Of a stretch of DNA of 64,000 nt, positions 50,691 to 62,260 are shown one piece after another; positions within the stretch are counted from its first letter, which is position 1, and every line of letters starts with the position of its first letter. The stretch is from Raja brachyura (Eukaryota): NCBI GenBank assembly GCA_963514005.1, contig OY740797.1, forward strand, positions 14,074,001-14,138,000. Direction: 5' to 3'. The notes below the pieces were generated by a model. It saw only the letters and a program-made list of their open reading frames with translations, made no database searches and was not told the DNA's origin. The position numbers and the translations under genes are program-made.

Positions 50691-51596
50691 GTCTGACGAA
50701 TAAAAGATTGATTTCATCATATATCGTTGTATGAGTTCTTGACTACCATTTCATGTGCTCAAATGATCAATGGGGAAAAGATCCCATTGCTAAGCAGATC
50801 AGAGTTGGTCTTGGCATCATGTTCGGCATAGACATTGTGGGCCAAAGGGTTTATTCCTGTGCTGTACTTTTCTATGTTCTATGTAATCGTGTAGTTAATT
50901 TTAAGTGGACCAGCCATTCCAATGGGACATCTATGTTTCATATAATCCAAATGAGGAATATACTCTTTTCTGTAGTCACAGAGACTGCTTTCTTAGATTT
51001 TAAGCTTAAACTGCACTCACAGAATTTCTTCATGGGCTTCATTAAGAACTTTGGGGAAAAATGCAGCTACTGGCCATATGACACATTTGAATGCAGAATG
51101 TTGTGGAATGGACAAATGTGTATATCTGTTGCACTCTCACTTTCCTATACAGAGATCAGAGTCCTTTGAGATTTATATTTCTTATCCTGTTCATAAACCT
51201 AGCCTGAATTTCAAACTTAATCCCAGTTAGGTTCAACTATTGTGATAGTTGGCGTGGACTCAGTGGGCCGAAGGGCCTGTTTCTATGCTGTATCTCTAAA
51301 CCTCACTAAACTAAACTGTTTTGACTCATAACACAATAATGATGAAAAGATGAAAAGTGGTTGAAATATGGCAAAACTTTGCAATAATTTAGAGTCAGCG
51401 AATCAAAGGTACATTAGTTAGCTATTATTGTTATATCCTTTCCTTAAAGTTAAACATTGGAACAACCAACAAAATGACAGGCATGATTCAATTATATTTG
51501 ATTGTCACGTATACCTAGGTACAGTGAAATGCTTTGTTTTGCATACAAAAATGGCTATGACCATTCTTATATCATTTAATGGTGTTGTTGGTCTTG

Positions 51597-51966
51597 AAAG
51601 GGGTTGGACAAGCTAGATGCTGGAAGATTGTTCCCGATGTTGGGGGAGTCCAGAACAAGGGGTCACAGTCTAAGGATAAGGGGGAATTCCTTTAGGACCG
51701 AAATGAGGAAAACATTCTTTACACAGAGAGTGGTGAGTCTCTGGAATTCTCTGCCACAGAAGGTAGTTGAGGCCAGTTCATTGGCTATATTTAAGAGGGC
51801 GTTAGATGTGGCACTTGTGGCTAAAGGGATCAGGGGGTATGGAGAGAAGGCAGGTACGGGATACTGAGTTGGATGATCAGCCATGATCACATTGAATGGC
51901 GGTGCAGGCTCGAAGGGCCGAATGGCCTACTCCTGCGCCTATTTTCTATGTTTCTATGTTTCTATG
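51597..51966 (+). mobile_element. CR1-clade LINE 3' fragment (HER1-like)
   Basis: ORF2 end RTRGHSLRIRG...FFTQRVVSLWNSLPQKVVEA...FKRALD, then 3'UTR and (TTTCTATG)n tail. Confidence 0.88.
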
Positions 51967-52982
51967 AAAGGCTGGGTAGACTCATCAGCTGCCACCATAT
52001 GGTGGAATCTGGAAGAAATTAACAGGAATGTGGAGAGATTAAAAAGTGATTACTGTAGTATTTGCTTGAGAATTGCCAAGGACACAGGGGGTCAAAAGGC
52101 CTGCTTTTATGCTGTACGCCTCCTTGATAGATCAGAACTTCTACATTCAGCAGACATAAGTTATCAATTTGGAATTCAGGACAAAGTTTTGGTCAAGACC
52201 GCCTGAGCCATGTACTTTCTGACTCAGAAAGCCGACCATGGAGCCATGGCTTTGCAGCAACATTAGTTTGTCTGCTTAGAAATCTGATGGTGGAGCCACA
52301 ACCTAGTGGTTCAGAAAGAAGTTAGCAAGTATGATGTTAGGTCTGCGCTGCAATCTAATATTGCGCAGGGAAACAGGAGAAGGAATAAAGAACAGTGCCC
52401 CAAACTCAACAAATGGATGCACCTGAAATTAAGCTTTCACCACGCTAATCCTGACCTGCTTTGGCTGTGATCAAGTGGTAGTATTCAAGCTGCAGTTGGA
52501 AAGCAGGGGCTTTACTTCCATTCTCAAAACTTGAGCTCCGAACTTATGCCAGGAGCACTCAGAGCTGATCACTTTTCTGATGGGAACTAATCTGGACTCT
52601 GCCAACCTGTCAGATGGACTTAAGAAATTTATTTGGATCATTTTTTAAAAATGGTATTAGGATGGTACTTTGTTTAGTAATTTCTGTGTTCTGGATATTA
52701 CTTATAATGCATCCAATATCTCTAAAAAAAGTGGATTATCTGGTTCTTTTCACTTTGTTTGTGATCCCTTGCTGTCCACAAATTGACTACTAAGTACTTT
52801 ACTCTGTGTAAGTCCAAATGTGTAATGTACAAAGTTCATTATTTTATAATGCATTATTGTATGCATGTCAGTATTTATACTGTTAAATTGCAACGCACCA
52901 TGCATAATCTCTGGATGGAGGTAACAAAGAGAATGCCAAATTCTAATGCCAATTGTAAGCGGCAAAGGTATTTAAGTCAAAC

Positions 52983-53003
52983 CTGCCTTCAGCGACACCG
53001 TCT
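52983..53003 (-). CDS. Candidate 21-nt micro-exon (DGVAEG)
   Basis: gactaatattccaacacag|A GAC GGT GTC GCT GAA GGC AG|gtttga. Phase 2->2, branch-point-like CTAAT, downstream TGCATG. Confidence 0.35.
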
Positions 53004-53909
53004 CTGTGTTGGAATATTAGTCAATTACATTTTGCATGCGGAGGTATTTGAACGTTTTTGGGTAGAGAGTAGGTGCAATGATCAATGCACATAAATTTCA
53101 CAACTCTTTGGCCATTTTCTATAATTCTATACTATAGAAAATGAATAATTTGCTGACTGCAAACCAACCAACATTCCAAGGATATTACAAATGGAAAATG
53201 CAACGACTCACTGCAACGGAAAATAAAACGTATTCAATAATTACTGGTGTACCCAATGTAAACAGACATCATTATCATACCTCAGCCCATAAAAAATATC
53301 AAACTAATAATAAGTCATTCGGCCCTGACACCTGCTCAACAATTCAATAAAACCATGGCTTGTCTTTTATATCAGCTCCACCGAAATATTTGGTATCCCA
53401 AAAATAAATCTTAAGAAATAATCTCAATGGGGAAAATCAAAGACATTCCATTTTATAATATATCTTTGGATTGATATTTTCAAAGGTGGGAGTTGATTAT
53501 TCAAATCCTGATTTCTAGCTGTCAAACTATTACATTTGCAAGCTCATTTGTCCTTTTGAGTTTCAGGACTTATCTGGACTTACCTTGTCTGCACATCTGG
53601 ATGCCTGCAGCGGCGACTGCGGAGGGTTGTGGTCCCGATCACGGGGGAAATGGAGGAGGACTGACCACATCTTTGTGCCTTCCACCACAGTGATGAATGC
53701 TGTGGTGGATGTTTGTGTTAAATTGTTATTGTGTTTTTGTGTGTTCTATTTTTATTGTACCGCTGCTGGCAAATTCATTTCACTTTACTGTATGTGCAAG
53801 TGACGAATAAAACTTGACTTGACATGGAAACAGGATTCTTCTGGTGTTCTGTCCAATGTACATCCAACAGTCAGAAGAAGTATCTAGCCCGTATGGCATA
53901 TTCCTGCAC

Positions 53910-53948
53910 CTATTGTCTATCTTCCTGTTTGTGGAAGCTTTCTTATAC
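53910..53948 (-). CDS. Candidate 39-nt micro-exon (YKKASTNRKIDN)
   Basis: tgttgtcttaag|G ... AG|gtgcag, phase 2->2, open frame; weak donor. Confidence 0.25.
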
Positions 53949-54582
53949 CTTAAGACAACATGGGATAATAGACAATATTTATCATCATTATTAGTTATTA
54001 GTAACATGCTGCAGCTGAATGATCACGAGGACAAATAATTAAAGCTCGTTGGAGCTTTATTTTCCATTACAAACACTTTTGCCTCTTATTTTTAAACACT
54101 TTTTCTCTGTTTTCTATTCATTCCTACATCTTTGAACCACCAGACTATTTATTTTCATTAATGTCTTTCCATTTCTATTCTTTATCCCTGTAAAGATCAA
54201 TCACACACACTACATTCCAAGATATGTAGCTCCTTCCTTGTTCTCAATGGGGAGAATAGAGTGTTCAAACCTTTGCCTTAAGCAAATCACTTATCCCTGG
54301 CATTCACCATTAATGCACCACCTTCCAATAAATTCATTGGGTAGAGCTTGAAGTTGTGCGTTTGTGCAAACTTAGTCAAAGCAAGGCAGCGATGTGTCTA
54401 TCTTTATCCCAATTATCATTTCCATTGAAATCTACAGAAACAGAATTCTAGGTACATTCACTGTTGCAGAAAGTCAAAACATCTCCATAAAAGGTGGAGG
54501 AAGTTACAAGGTAATCGCTCCATCTGAAACAGTCTAATGTAGCATTCAGGTTCAAACACAAAGTGATGGGGGAACCCACATT

Positions 54583-54897
54583 TAGTTTTTTAATTTAGAG
54601 ATATAGCATGGAAACAGGCCCTTCGGCCCACCGAGTCCACACCAACCAGCGATCCCCGCACATTAAAACACACTAGGGACAATTTTACATTGATACCAAG
54701 CCAATTAACCTACAAACCTGTACGTCTTTGGAGTGTGGGAGTTAACCGAAGATCTCGGAGAAAACCCACATGGTCACAGGGAGGACGTACAAACTTTGTA
54801 TAAACAGTACCCATAGTTGGGATCGAACCAGGGTCTCGGCGCTGTAGGCTCTGTTAGGCAACTCTAACAACTCTACCGCTGCACCAACGTGCTGCCC
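54583..54897 (-). mobile_element. tRNA-derived SINE (HE1-like)
   Basis: Reverse complement consensus. Further diverged copies lie near 1690-1985, 8035-8350, 18695-18944, 21776-21940 and 27845-28058. Confidence 0.75.
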
Positions 54898-55689
54898 CGT
54901 GTCAGGCAGTATCTGAGGAGGGAATGAATAGGCGAGGTCAGGTTGGGACCTTTCAACTATTCATATTATTGCCAAAGGATATTCAAGCCCATAAACAGCA
55001 GTGTGTTAGGCTGGTGTTAAATTGCAGTGTACAAACAGGACCTAAAGATAGCAGAGAGAGCGAGAGATGTTGTTTCATGTTCCACGAACACAAAAACATT
55101 CCAGATTCAGCTGTTCGCTGAGTAAAAATATTTATTCGGATTTTCTAAAGTAAACACTTTACTCAACCCCATTACACTTGTAAGTACAATTTCAAGCACT
55201 GTTCATCTGATGGCAGCTAGCAACTAGAATGGGAATAATGTACAAAAAGAAACAACTTGGCAACAGATACTGTTAAACTTTGTACTCCATCATCAGTCAA
55301 ACCTCAGCAGTTATTATTTTGCCATTAAATTGTGTGGATTTGTTTGTAGAGGAGTATCACAATTAAAAGTCCCCATTTTACATGATGATATACAATGTAA
55401 TTTAGACTACAAAGTAACAGCATGTTTTCCGCCTCAGGGCACAAGTTAAATTGCTCAAAAAGTATTTAAAGCAGCATTTAGTTTGGGAACATTGTCCCAC
55501 CACAACTTTTTTCCCATGAAAGTCTTCCTAGCCAGTCCCTTGGGATATGGATGTCTTGCTTCCACTTTAATACTTTTGGTTCTGAGATGGCTGACGAGTC
55601 CTATATGTGGGGTCTGCAGACTCTGCCACATTAGAGGGAGATGATGTTCGATGGGGCAAGTGGGGTGTCATTAAGGATATGTTGCATTC

Positions 55690-56120
55690 CTTCCACAGTT
55701 TGCTCTCAATCTTTGTGTGTGCTTCCATCCTGGAGATTTAAAATGCCCATCACTCCTCCTGGTCAATTCATCTTCATTTTGAGTAGCCACTGGCCATGGG
55801 TTCTCACAAATAGGTGCAGATGTCACATTTTTCAAGGAAACTATAAAAGCCTCCTTGAAGTGTTTTCTCTGCCTTCCTGATGGAGCCTAGAGTGGAGTGC
55901 CTGCTTCGGAAGTCTGGTGTCAGCATGTTGATGATATGGACCAACCTCTGTAGCTGTCTCTGTTGTTCGACCAAAGGTTGCGTTGATGTATTGAAGGCAC
56001 TGGTGCATGTCATCATCACCATCTGCCTTTGCTGAAAGGTGGCTCCTGCGATATCGGAAGTAGTCCAAGATTTCCGGTGTCTTCATTGTGGGAGAGGGGA
56101 AGGTCATATTGAACAGCACA
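55690..56120 (-). mobile_element. RTE-clade LINE fragment
   Basis: FRYxxSHLSAKAD..D.(I)HQCLQ...FGR and HxxxxxDTRLPKQALHSRL, typical of the RTE/BovB ORF C-terminal half. Confidence 0.7.
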
Positions 56121-56169
56121 GATTGGTAGAAGACTTTTATTCCAGGTGCTTAGCATATAGTTCATAAGG

Positions 56170-56483
56170 TTAGCACAGTGGTGCAGTGGCAGAGTTGGCG
56201 CCTTACAACGCTAGAGACCAGGGTTCGATCCTGACTATGAGTGCTGTCTGTATGGAGTTTGTACGCTCTCCCTGTGACTGCATGGGTTTTATTCGGTGTT
56301 CCGGTTTCCTCCTATACGCCAGAGACGTTCAGGTTTATCAGTTAATTGGCTTCGGTAAAAATTGCAAATTGCGCCTAGTGTGTTGGATAGTGCTAGTGTA
56401 TGGGGGTGATCGCTGGTCAGTGCAGACTCAGTGGGCCGAAGGGCCTGTTTCCACGCTGTATCTCTAAAGTCTAGAGTCTAAAG
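56170..56483 (+). mobile_element. tRNA-derived SINE (HE1-like)
   Basis: Same consensus as 37507-37815, with B box ggttcgatcc. Confidence 0.8.
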
Positions 56484-57724
56484 TCCATCCTCTCATGGGC
56501 TTCTGTGAAACAGTCAACAACGGCTTGGAGTTCAGCCTCCAAGCTTGTAGATGCCCAGTATCACATGAGATCTGCAGAACGCTTCTAGAATCAATGTTAT
56601 TCTGGAAGTTACCAAATCATTCAGCCACTATCCCTGGCCCAGAAGTCTTGTTGTACATCAGCTGTCAAATTGCTTTTTATTTCCAATCTCCTGCTGGGCT
56701 GGATTAACGGTAAAAAGTAGCTGTCGGTTGAAGTCTTAAACACTTTCACGTCAAAGACAGTCTCAGTGGATCGCATGTATTGTCTTTCTGCTGACTGGTT
56801 AGCATGCAACAAAACGCTTTTCACTGCACCTCGATACACGTGACAATAAACTGAATTGACCTTCTACCTGCTCAAACCGGTACTAACTATCTCCTTGACC
56901 GCAATAATCTCTCCTCTGTCCAAGGATCTCAGGTAGGTCTCTGAGTATTTGGGGTTGTATGTGAATCTAAAGTAATGCATGCGAGGATACAAATTTAATT
57001 GTTCAAGGAATATTTCAAGAACTATACAGTTATGTTGGGAAACATAGTCGCATTGCTATATTTTTCTCATTGAAAATGAAAGGCATTTAAATAATTTTTA
57101 ATAATCACAACTAGAATGACATAGTCTTCTGATTCACAATTTTCAAGGCAAAGCATATTTTCCAGTTATTTATTTTTGTGAATATTTCACACTGATACTC
57201 TTCTACTGCAATACAAAAGCTAGCCAGCTATGAGGATGAAAAACTCACTACTGACACATGGTGGAGCTGGTCAGGAAATCCATCTACATTAATATTGCAG
57301 CCTATCACATCAATGTTACATTATTTATCCAGCTGGATTTTTTGTTTCTTGTTACTTTATTTAGCATGTTGTTCTATTTTACTTCGGAGTCACGTGAGTG
57401 ACTACGTGAAGAAGGCCGTCAGCCACTTGCGCGTCATTACGTCAACGCATGGCGCTGCGACCGGCTGGGTGGCGCGTCACTCCTCCAGCGGTAAGTTTAA
57501 AACGGCCCAACAGGTAAGTTCAAACTTAACCAGCTGTCGGTTTTTCGTTTCCTTGTTTAAATTAAGAAGCAAATTTACCAGATGGACAAAACTAAGGTGA
57601 AGACCAGGCCGGCCGCGGGTAGAACCGCTTCCGAGGACCGCGGGAGTGCGGTTAGCAGGCGGCCGTCGGTCTCACCACCTTGGTCGGTGGTAGCACAGCC
57701 AGCAGCTTCCGATACAGCGCCTAT

Positions 57725-58298
57725 TAAAGGCACCTTGGTTACCCCGCGTCCTACCAGCATGCAACTCCATGCGATGAGCGCGACCTAACGTGGTCGCTTG
57801 AGCCGTCCGGCGTCGCGGGGCCGGTCCCACTTCGATCGCCGGAGCCGTGCGGAATTGTGCGGAGTTCGTCCGGACATCGCGCGGGGCTCCGAAAAACTGA
57901 CCATGTTCAAATATTCCGCGCGGCAACGGCTTGTCGGCTCGCAGTCGCCTCGACGCATTACACACCCCCTCGACGTCGTGCCTCCGTGACCCTCTCTATA
58001 GGTGCCTCCGTGACCCTCTCTGTGTGTGCCTCTGTGCCCCTCTCTGTGTGTCCCTCTCTGTCCTGGCGAACTTACCTTTAAGACTTCGCTCCAAGTTCGC
58101 CTCACTTTGCGCCGCGTTGCGCCACTCACCCGACCCCCGCGCGTTCCTCACTGCCGGTTTGGTCACGCTCGCCGCATGCAGGCGCATGCTGTTGGGAACG
58201 GCCCTGTACAGGGGATCACCCGACCTCCGCGCGGCCCCCGCTTCTAGTTTGATCGCGCTCACCGCCTGGAGTTGGATGCTGGTAGGTCAGGCCCTTTA
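57725..58298. mobile_element. GC-rich MITE nested in the DIRS ORF1 region
   Basis: Ends taaagg...ccttta. Left arm gtcctaccagcatgcaactccatgcgatgagcgcgacctaac pairs imperfectly with 58247-58288 and with an internal copy at 58157-58199. Confidence 0.7.
57978..58062 (+). repeat. 24-bp minisatellite (GTGCCTCCGTGACCCTCTCTRTRK) x ~3.5
   Basis: Tandem units directly visible. Confidence 0.8.
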
Positions 58299-58599
58299 TG
58301 CGTCTGCTAGCAGCAGATGGCCTACAGGGGACAGTACCAGCTCTAGGATCGACAGAGCCAGCCAAAGGCGTTTTTCGGGGCAAAGCGCTAGTCCACAAAC
58401 TCCATACAGGTGCAATTGGCACACGCCAATACACACCACATATGAATCAGCAACCATGGAGGTAGGTGATCTGGGTTCTCTAAATATGCGGAGTGTGGCA
58501 CATTCACATGTTGGTTAAAGAATTACGTTAGTTTGGATGTTGGATAAACACCACATTTATAGTATTGGTGCCTCGTCATAGGATCACTAGGAATAACTG

Positions 58600-59070
58600 A
58601 ATTCAACTGGATGATAGCCATGGCAGTTTAAAGCATTGGCTAATGGGTTAACTTTAGCACCCAGGTTGCTTAATAAATTAAAAAAAACCCACCTCTGTTA
58701 ACTCTACCTTAAATCACAGGGGTTGAATCAAGTCAGTAGCTATAGTACACCAGGCCACGCAATAAATGACAACACAGAATGGATGTTGAATCATAAAGCA
58801 CTTGATATAATTATCTCTAGGTATGATACACCGGATATAAGTTGTTCTGTTTAGACTTAAGTCTACAGCTACCAACGTGTATTGGTTGCAAACCAGACCC
58901 AAGGGCAGTAGCGATTGATGCATTCTCGCTGCATTGGGATGAATAAGGTTCTATATTCTACCCATTCTGCCTTGTCGGTCGATGCCTGCTTAAAGTCAAA
59001 TAAGACTCAGGCTCGGGAATTCTAATTGCCCTGATAAGGCCACTAGCCATGATATCCACTCATCTTACGT
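58600..59070 (+). pseudogene. DIRS pol remnants: RT motif and N6-adenine-methyltransferase-like domain
   Basis: 58621 WQFKALANGLTLAPRLLNKL resembles the RT motif YQFxxLPxGLxxAPRxFTK. About 58770-59060 gives DNTEWML, KPDPRAVAIDAFSLHW and PFCLVGRCLLKV, resembling the DIRS MT domain. No YxDD and little RNase H found. Confidence 0.75.
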
Positions 59071-59199
59071 GTGGTCATGGAACCCTTATGGAGGTTCCTA
59101 AATGCTAGTACCTGCTCTCCACCCCATCACTGGGGAAGAATATTCCCTGCATTATCAGCAAAACACTTTGGTTTCCAGATTCTAAGAAGACCCTTTCTC

Positions 59200-60135
59200 G
59201 GGATGGGAATAGCTGACCGAACAGTGGACGTAGTAACCACGGCCTGGAGAGACGGCACTAAAAAGCAATATGTCTCCTATGTAAAGAAATGGGAAGAATT
59301 ATGTTTACAAACAAATATCACGTATGAGACAGCGCACATAACTAACATTCTGGAATTTCTCTCAAACTTCACTTTGATGAGAGGTTGAGCTACAGTGCTC
59401 TGAATTGTGCCAGAAGTGCGTTGTCATCATATTTGTTGTCAAGCCTAGGTCATACGGTTGGGTCCCATCCATTAATATCCAGATTTATGCGAGGTATTTT
59501 TAACTTAAAACCTCCCAGGCCCAGGTTTATCAAAATATGGGATGTAGGTGTGGTTTTAACACTACTTTGACAATGGGCTCCAGCTACATCCCTGTCCCTT
59601 CTCCAGCTAACTTACAAAGTAGTGATGCTCGTGGCGTTAGTATCAGCTCTACGGGTCCAGTCATTACAGATGCTGCGTCTGGATAGGATGGTGATTTCTG
59701 CCAGTGAAATAACGTTTTTCATATATGATCTAATAAAACAGAGCAGACCTGATGTTACCGGTCTTAAGCTTCAACTCATGGCACCCCTTGGACCCCCGAT
59801 TGTGTGTGGTCACACCCCTCCACCAATATATTAAAACAACCAAGGTTCTTAGGGGGTCAGAACTGACATTATTCATCAGTCACAAGAAACCACATAAAAA
59901 GGTTTCAGCCCAGACCATCTCCAGGTGGTTAAAGCATGTTCTGGCGGATGCGGGTATAGACACTGATGTGTACAAATCTCATTCCACCAGGGCTGCAGCA
60001 ACGTCCGCAGCAGGGGTTCTGGACCTCCCGTTGGACCAAATCCTAGCGGCCGCAGGATGGTCCTCAGAACACACCTTCCAGACGTATTACAATAAGCCTG
60101 TAACCAAGTCAAATGTTTTCGCACATTCAATTTAA
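59200..60135 (+). pseudogene. DIRS tyrosine recombinase, disrupted (SAM-like N-domain plus catalytic domain)
   Basis: TAWRDGTKKQYVSYVKKW, SYSALNCARSALSS, VGSHPLISRFMRGIFNLKPPRPR, SALRVQSL (Arg), KSHSTRAAATS (HxxR), AGW, TFQTYY (Tyr). Frameshifts near 59385 and 59785; in-frame TGA at 59568. Confidence 0.9.
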
Positions 60136-61884
60136 ATTCTGTTTTGTAAACCGTCGAGTGGAAGAGGTTTCTCGATTATAATTTGCCCATTAAATACTTT
60201 TTTTCAGTATGTCAAAAATTAATGTCAAGACTAAATACTTGATTTTCCACACAGTGTGTGACGCATGGACTCGTTCCACAGCATGAAGTCACAGAGCTTC
60301 AAAGTCTTCACGTAGTCACTCACGTGACTCCGAAGTAAAATAGTAAAATTAAATGAGAACTTACCAGTTTGAAGTTTGATCTTTATTTTATGAGGAGTAA
60401 CGATGAGCAATTACGCGCCCACCGCTCCCAACCCCCCTCATAAAACATAACTGGTAGTTCTAGTTCTCGAATCTTACTATTATCAGTTCGCCAACTGTTA
60501 TCTGTGACTTCACACCGCTGCTTCGAAGATTGACGCACATGCGGCTGACGGCCTTCTTCACGTAATCGCTCATTGTTACTCCTCATAAAATAAAGATCAA
60601 ACTTCAAACTGGGAAGTTCTCATTTAATCTTACTATTTCTTGCCACACTAATCTGCCGAAGCAATTAGCTAAAGCATTTTGGGGATACAAAGATGTAAGT
60701 ATGGTACCAGAATTTACGTAGAACTAGGTAATTTATTTTAGCAAACTGCACGAGATAGTCTTTTTTTTTGTTTAAATCTTGATTTCAACCCCGTTGTAAT
60801 GTTTTTAATGTAAACCTTGAGGTCTGCAGAAAAGGGTATTCAAAAATAAAAGCTGAAAATGCAGAATGTATCTTATTATACATCACCTAGACTAATTACA
60901 GAGACACAAGAAACTGCAGGTGCAGGAATCTTGAACAAAACACAAGGCGCTGGTGGAACTCAGTGAGTCCGATAAGCATCTGTCGAGGACATGGACATGC
61001 AATGTTTTAGATCGGGACCCTTCTTCACACTAATAAGGGCAGAGGGTTGAAAGGGTTGAGAGGTGGTGGCAGAACAAATCCTGGCAAATGATAAGTGGAC
61101 ACGGGTGAGGGGGGCTTGATTAGCAGATGGGTTACATAATTACATGCGGTTGCACACTTTAAAGGTATAGAAATTTGTAAAATAATTTCCATATCGAAGC
61201 TCTTTTGAACATTCTACTTCCTAACATCTTATATTTGAACTTCCTTTTAAATAACAGTTCTGGCTTTTAGCTATATGGATAATTAATTCTATGGATGTTT
61301 TAAGACATTAAGAGTTTGTACAAAAATTATAAAGATTACATATCTTGTCTCTAACAAATATAAATTACTATAGAGCTTGTACTTAGGCTTTGTTTATCCA
61401 TCCAGAAATTAAGTCACCAGATCTTAAAAACTGGAACTGTAGTACTTCCAGGTTTTCATATTTGTTCTATCCACCTACTAACAATTAGGATAACTTTTGT
61501 CTTTCAGTAATCCTCTGTGTAAGACCCGTATCAGTTTGTTACTGTGCTGTACAATGCTTGAATGGTTCTGGTTGTAAAAATAATCTCACTGTAAACAAGG
61601 GTCAAAGCCAAGTGCCAATGATACATCTGAACAACCTGCTGAAAAGGTTCACTTTTAAAGTGAGTGTTGATAGGAATTGATTATAATTCTGCCAGTATCC
61701 ATCTATCATCCTCTGTGTACAATGTCCATTATTGTTAATCTCAATTAAATCCTTCAAACTGTGTATGCAAATTGTAGCCAAGATTAAAAACAGGACTGAA
61801 TGGGTAAACAACTTTTGAGACAATAGGGAAATTCCAAATTACCACAAGTGACTAATGATAAACTCATAATGTAGCTTTGCGTTG

Positions 61885-62260
61885 TCCCACCAAGGGTGTT
61901 TCTTCTTCACCCTGCTTACATGCAGCAGATGGTACAGAAGCTTGAAAGTAGTCACCGCCAGACCCAGGAACAGTTTCTTCCTCTCTGTTAGCAGGCTTCA
62001 GAGGAGTCCTTCCAGAAGCTAGGGTACTTACTGTCTGGTACACCTCTGCTCCATTGTGAACATAAGACCTTCTCTATGGAACAGTTGCGTTGCAATGCTG
62101 AGAACTATATCTTGTACTCTGTGTTCCCCTTTGCTCTCTATCTATTATACTTGTCTGATTTGATTGTACAGTATTTATGTATGGTTCATCTGATCTGTTT
62201 GGATAGCATGCAAAACAAAGCTTTACACTGTACTGCGGTAAACGAGACAATAATAAATCT
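61885..62260 (+). mobile_element. Rex1/Babar-like LINE 3' end
   Basis: FFTLL..SRWYRSLK..T.R.RNSFF.SV.RL, with tail agcatgcaaaacaaagctttacactgta...gacaataa. The same tail occurs near 28885, 42420 and 56790. Confidence 0.6.

Larger units (their letters stand above)
57374..60638 (+). mobile_element. DIRS1-type tyrosine-recombinase retrotransposon, internally deleted and decayed
   Basis: Left terminus 57374-57412 is the reverse complement of ICR 60305-60343. Right terminus 60561-60638 is the reverse complement of ICR 60338-60415. Left ITR ~57403-57436 pairs with right ITR ~60531-60564. RT, methyltransferase-like and YR remnants lie inside. Confidence 0.92.

Noticed and set aside
56170-56240. tRNA-like heads as tRNA genes
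   Set aside because: They continue into SINE body and LINE-derived tail; degenerate, no complete cloverleaf.
57672-58518. Several long GC-rich ORFs inside the DIRS
   Set aside because: They run through the nested MITE and minisatellite; stop-poor GC sequence, not gag.
59752-60135. Phage integrase suggesting a prophage or bacterial contamination
   Set aside because: The recombinase is embedded in DIRS ITR/ICR structure within a vertebrate intron.
60305-60638. Long hairpin as a possible ncRNA or CRISPR-like array
   Set aside because: Fully explained by DIRS ICR/right-terminus complementarity; no repeat-spacer periodicity anywhere in the window.
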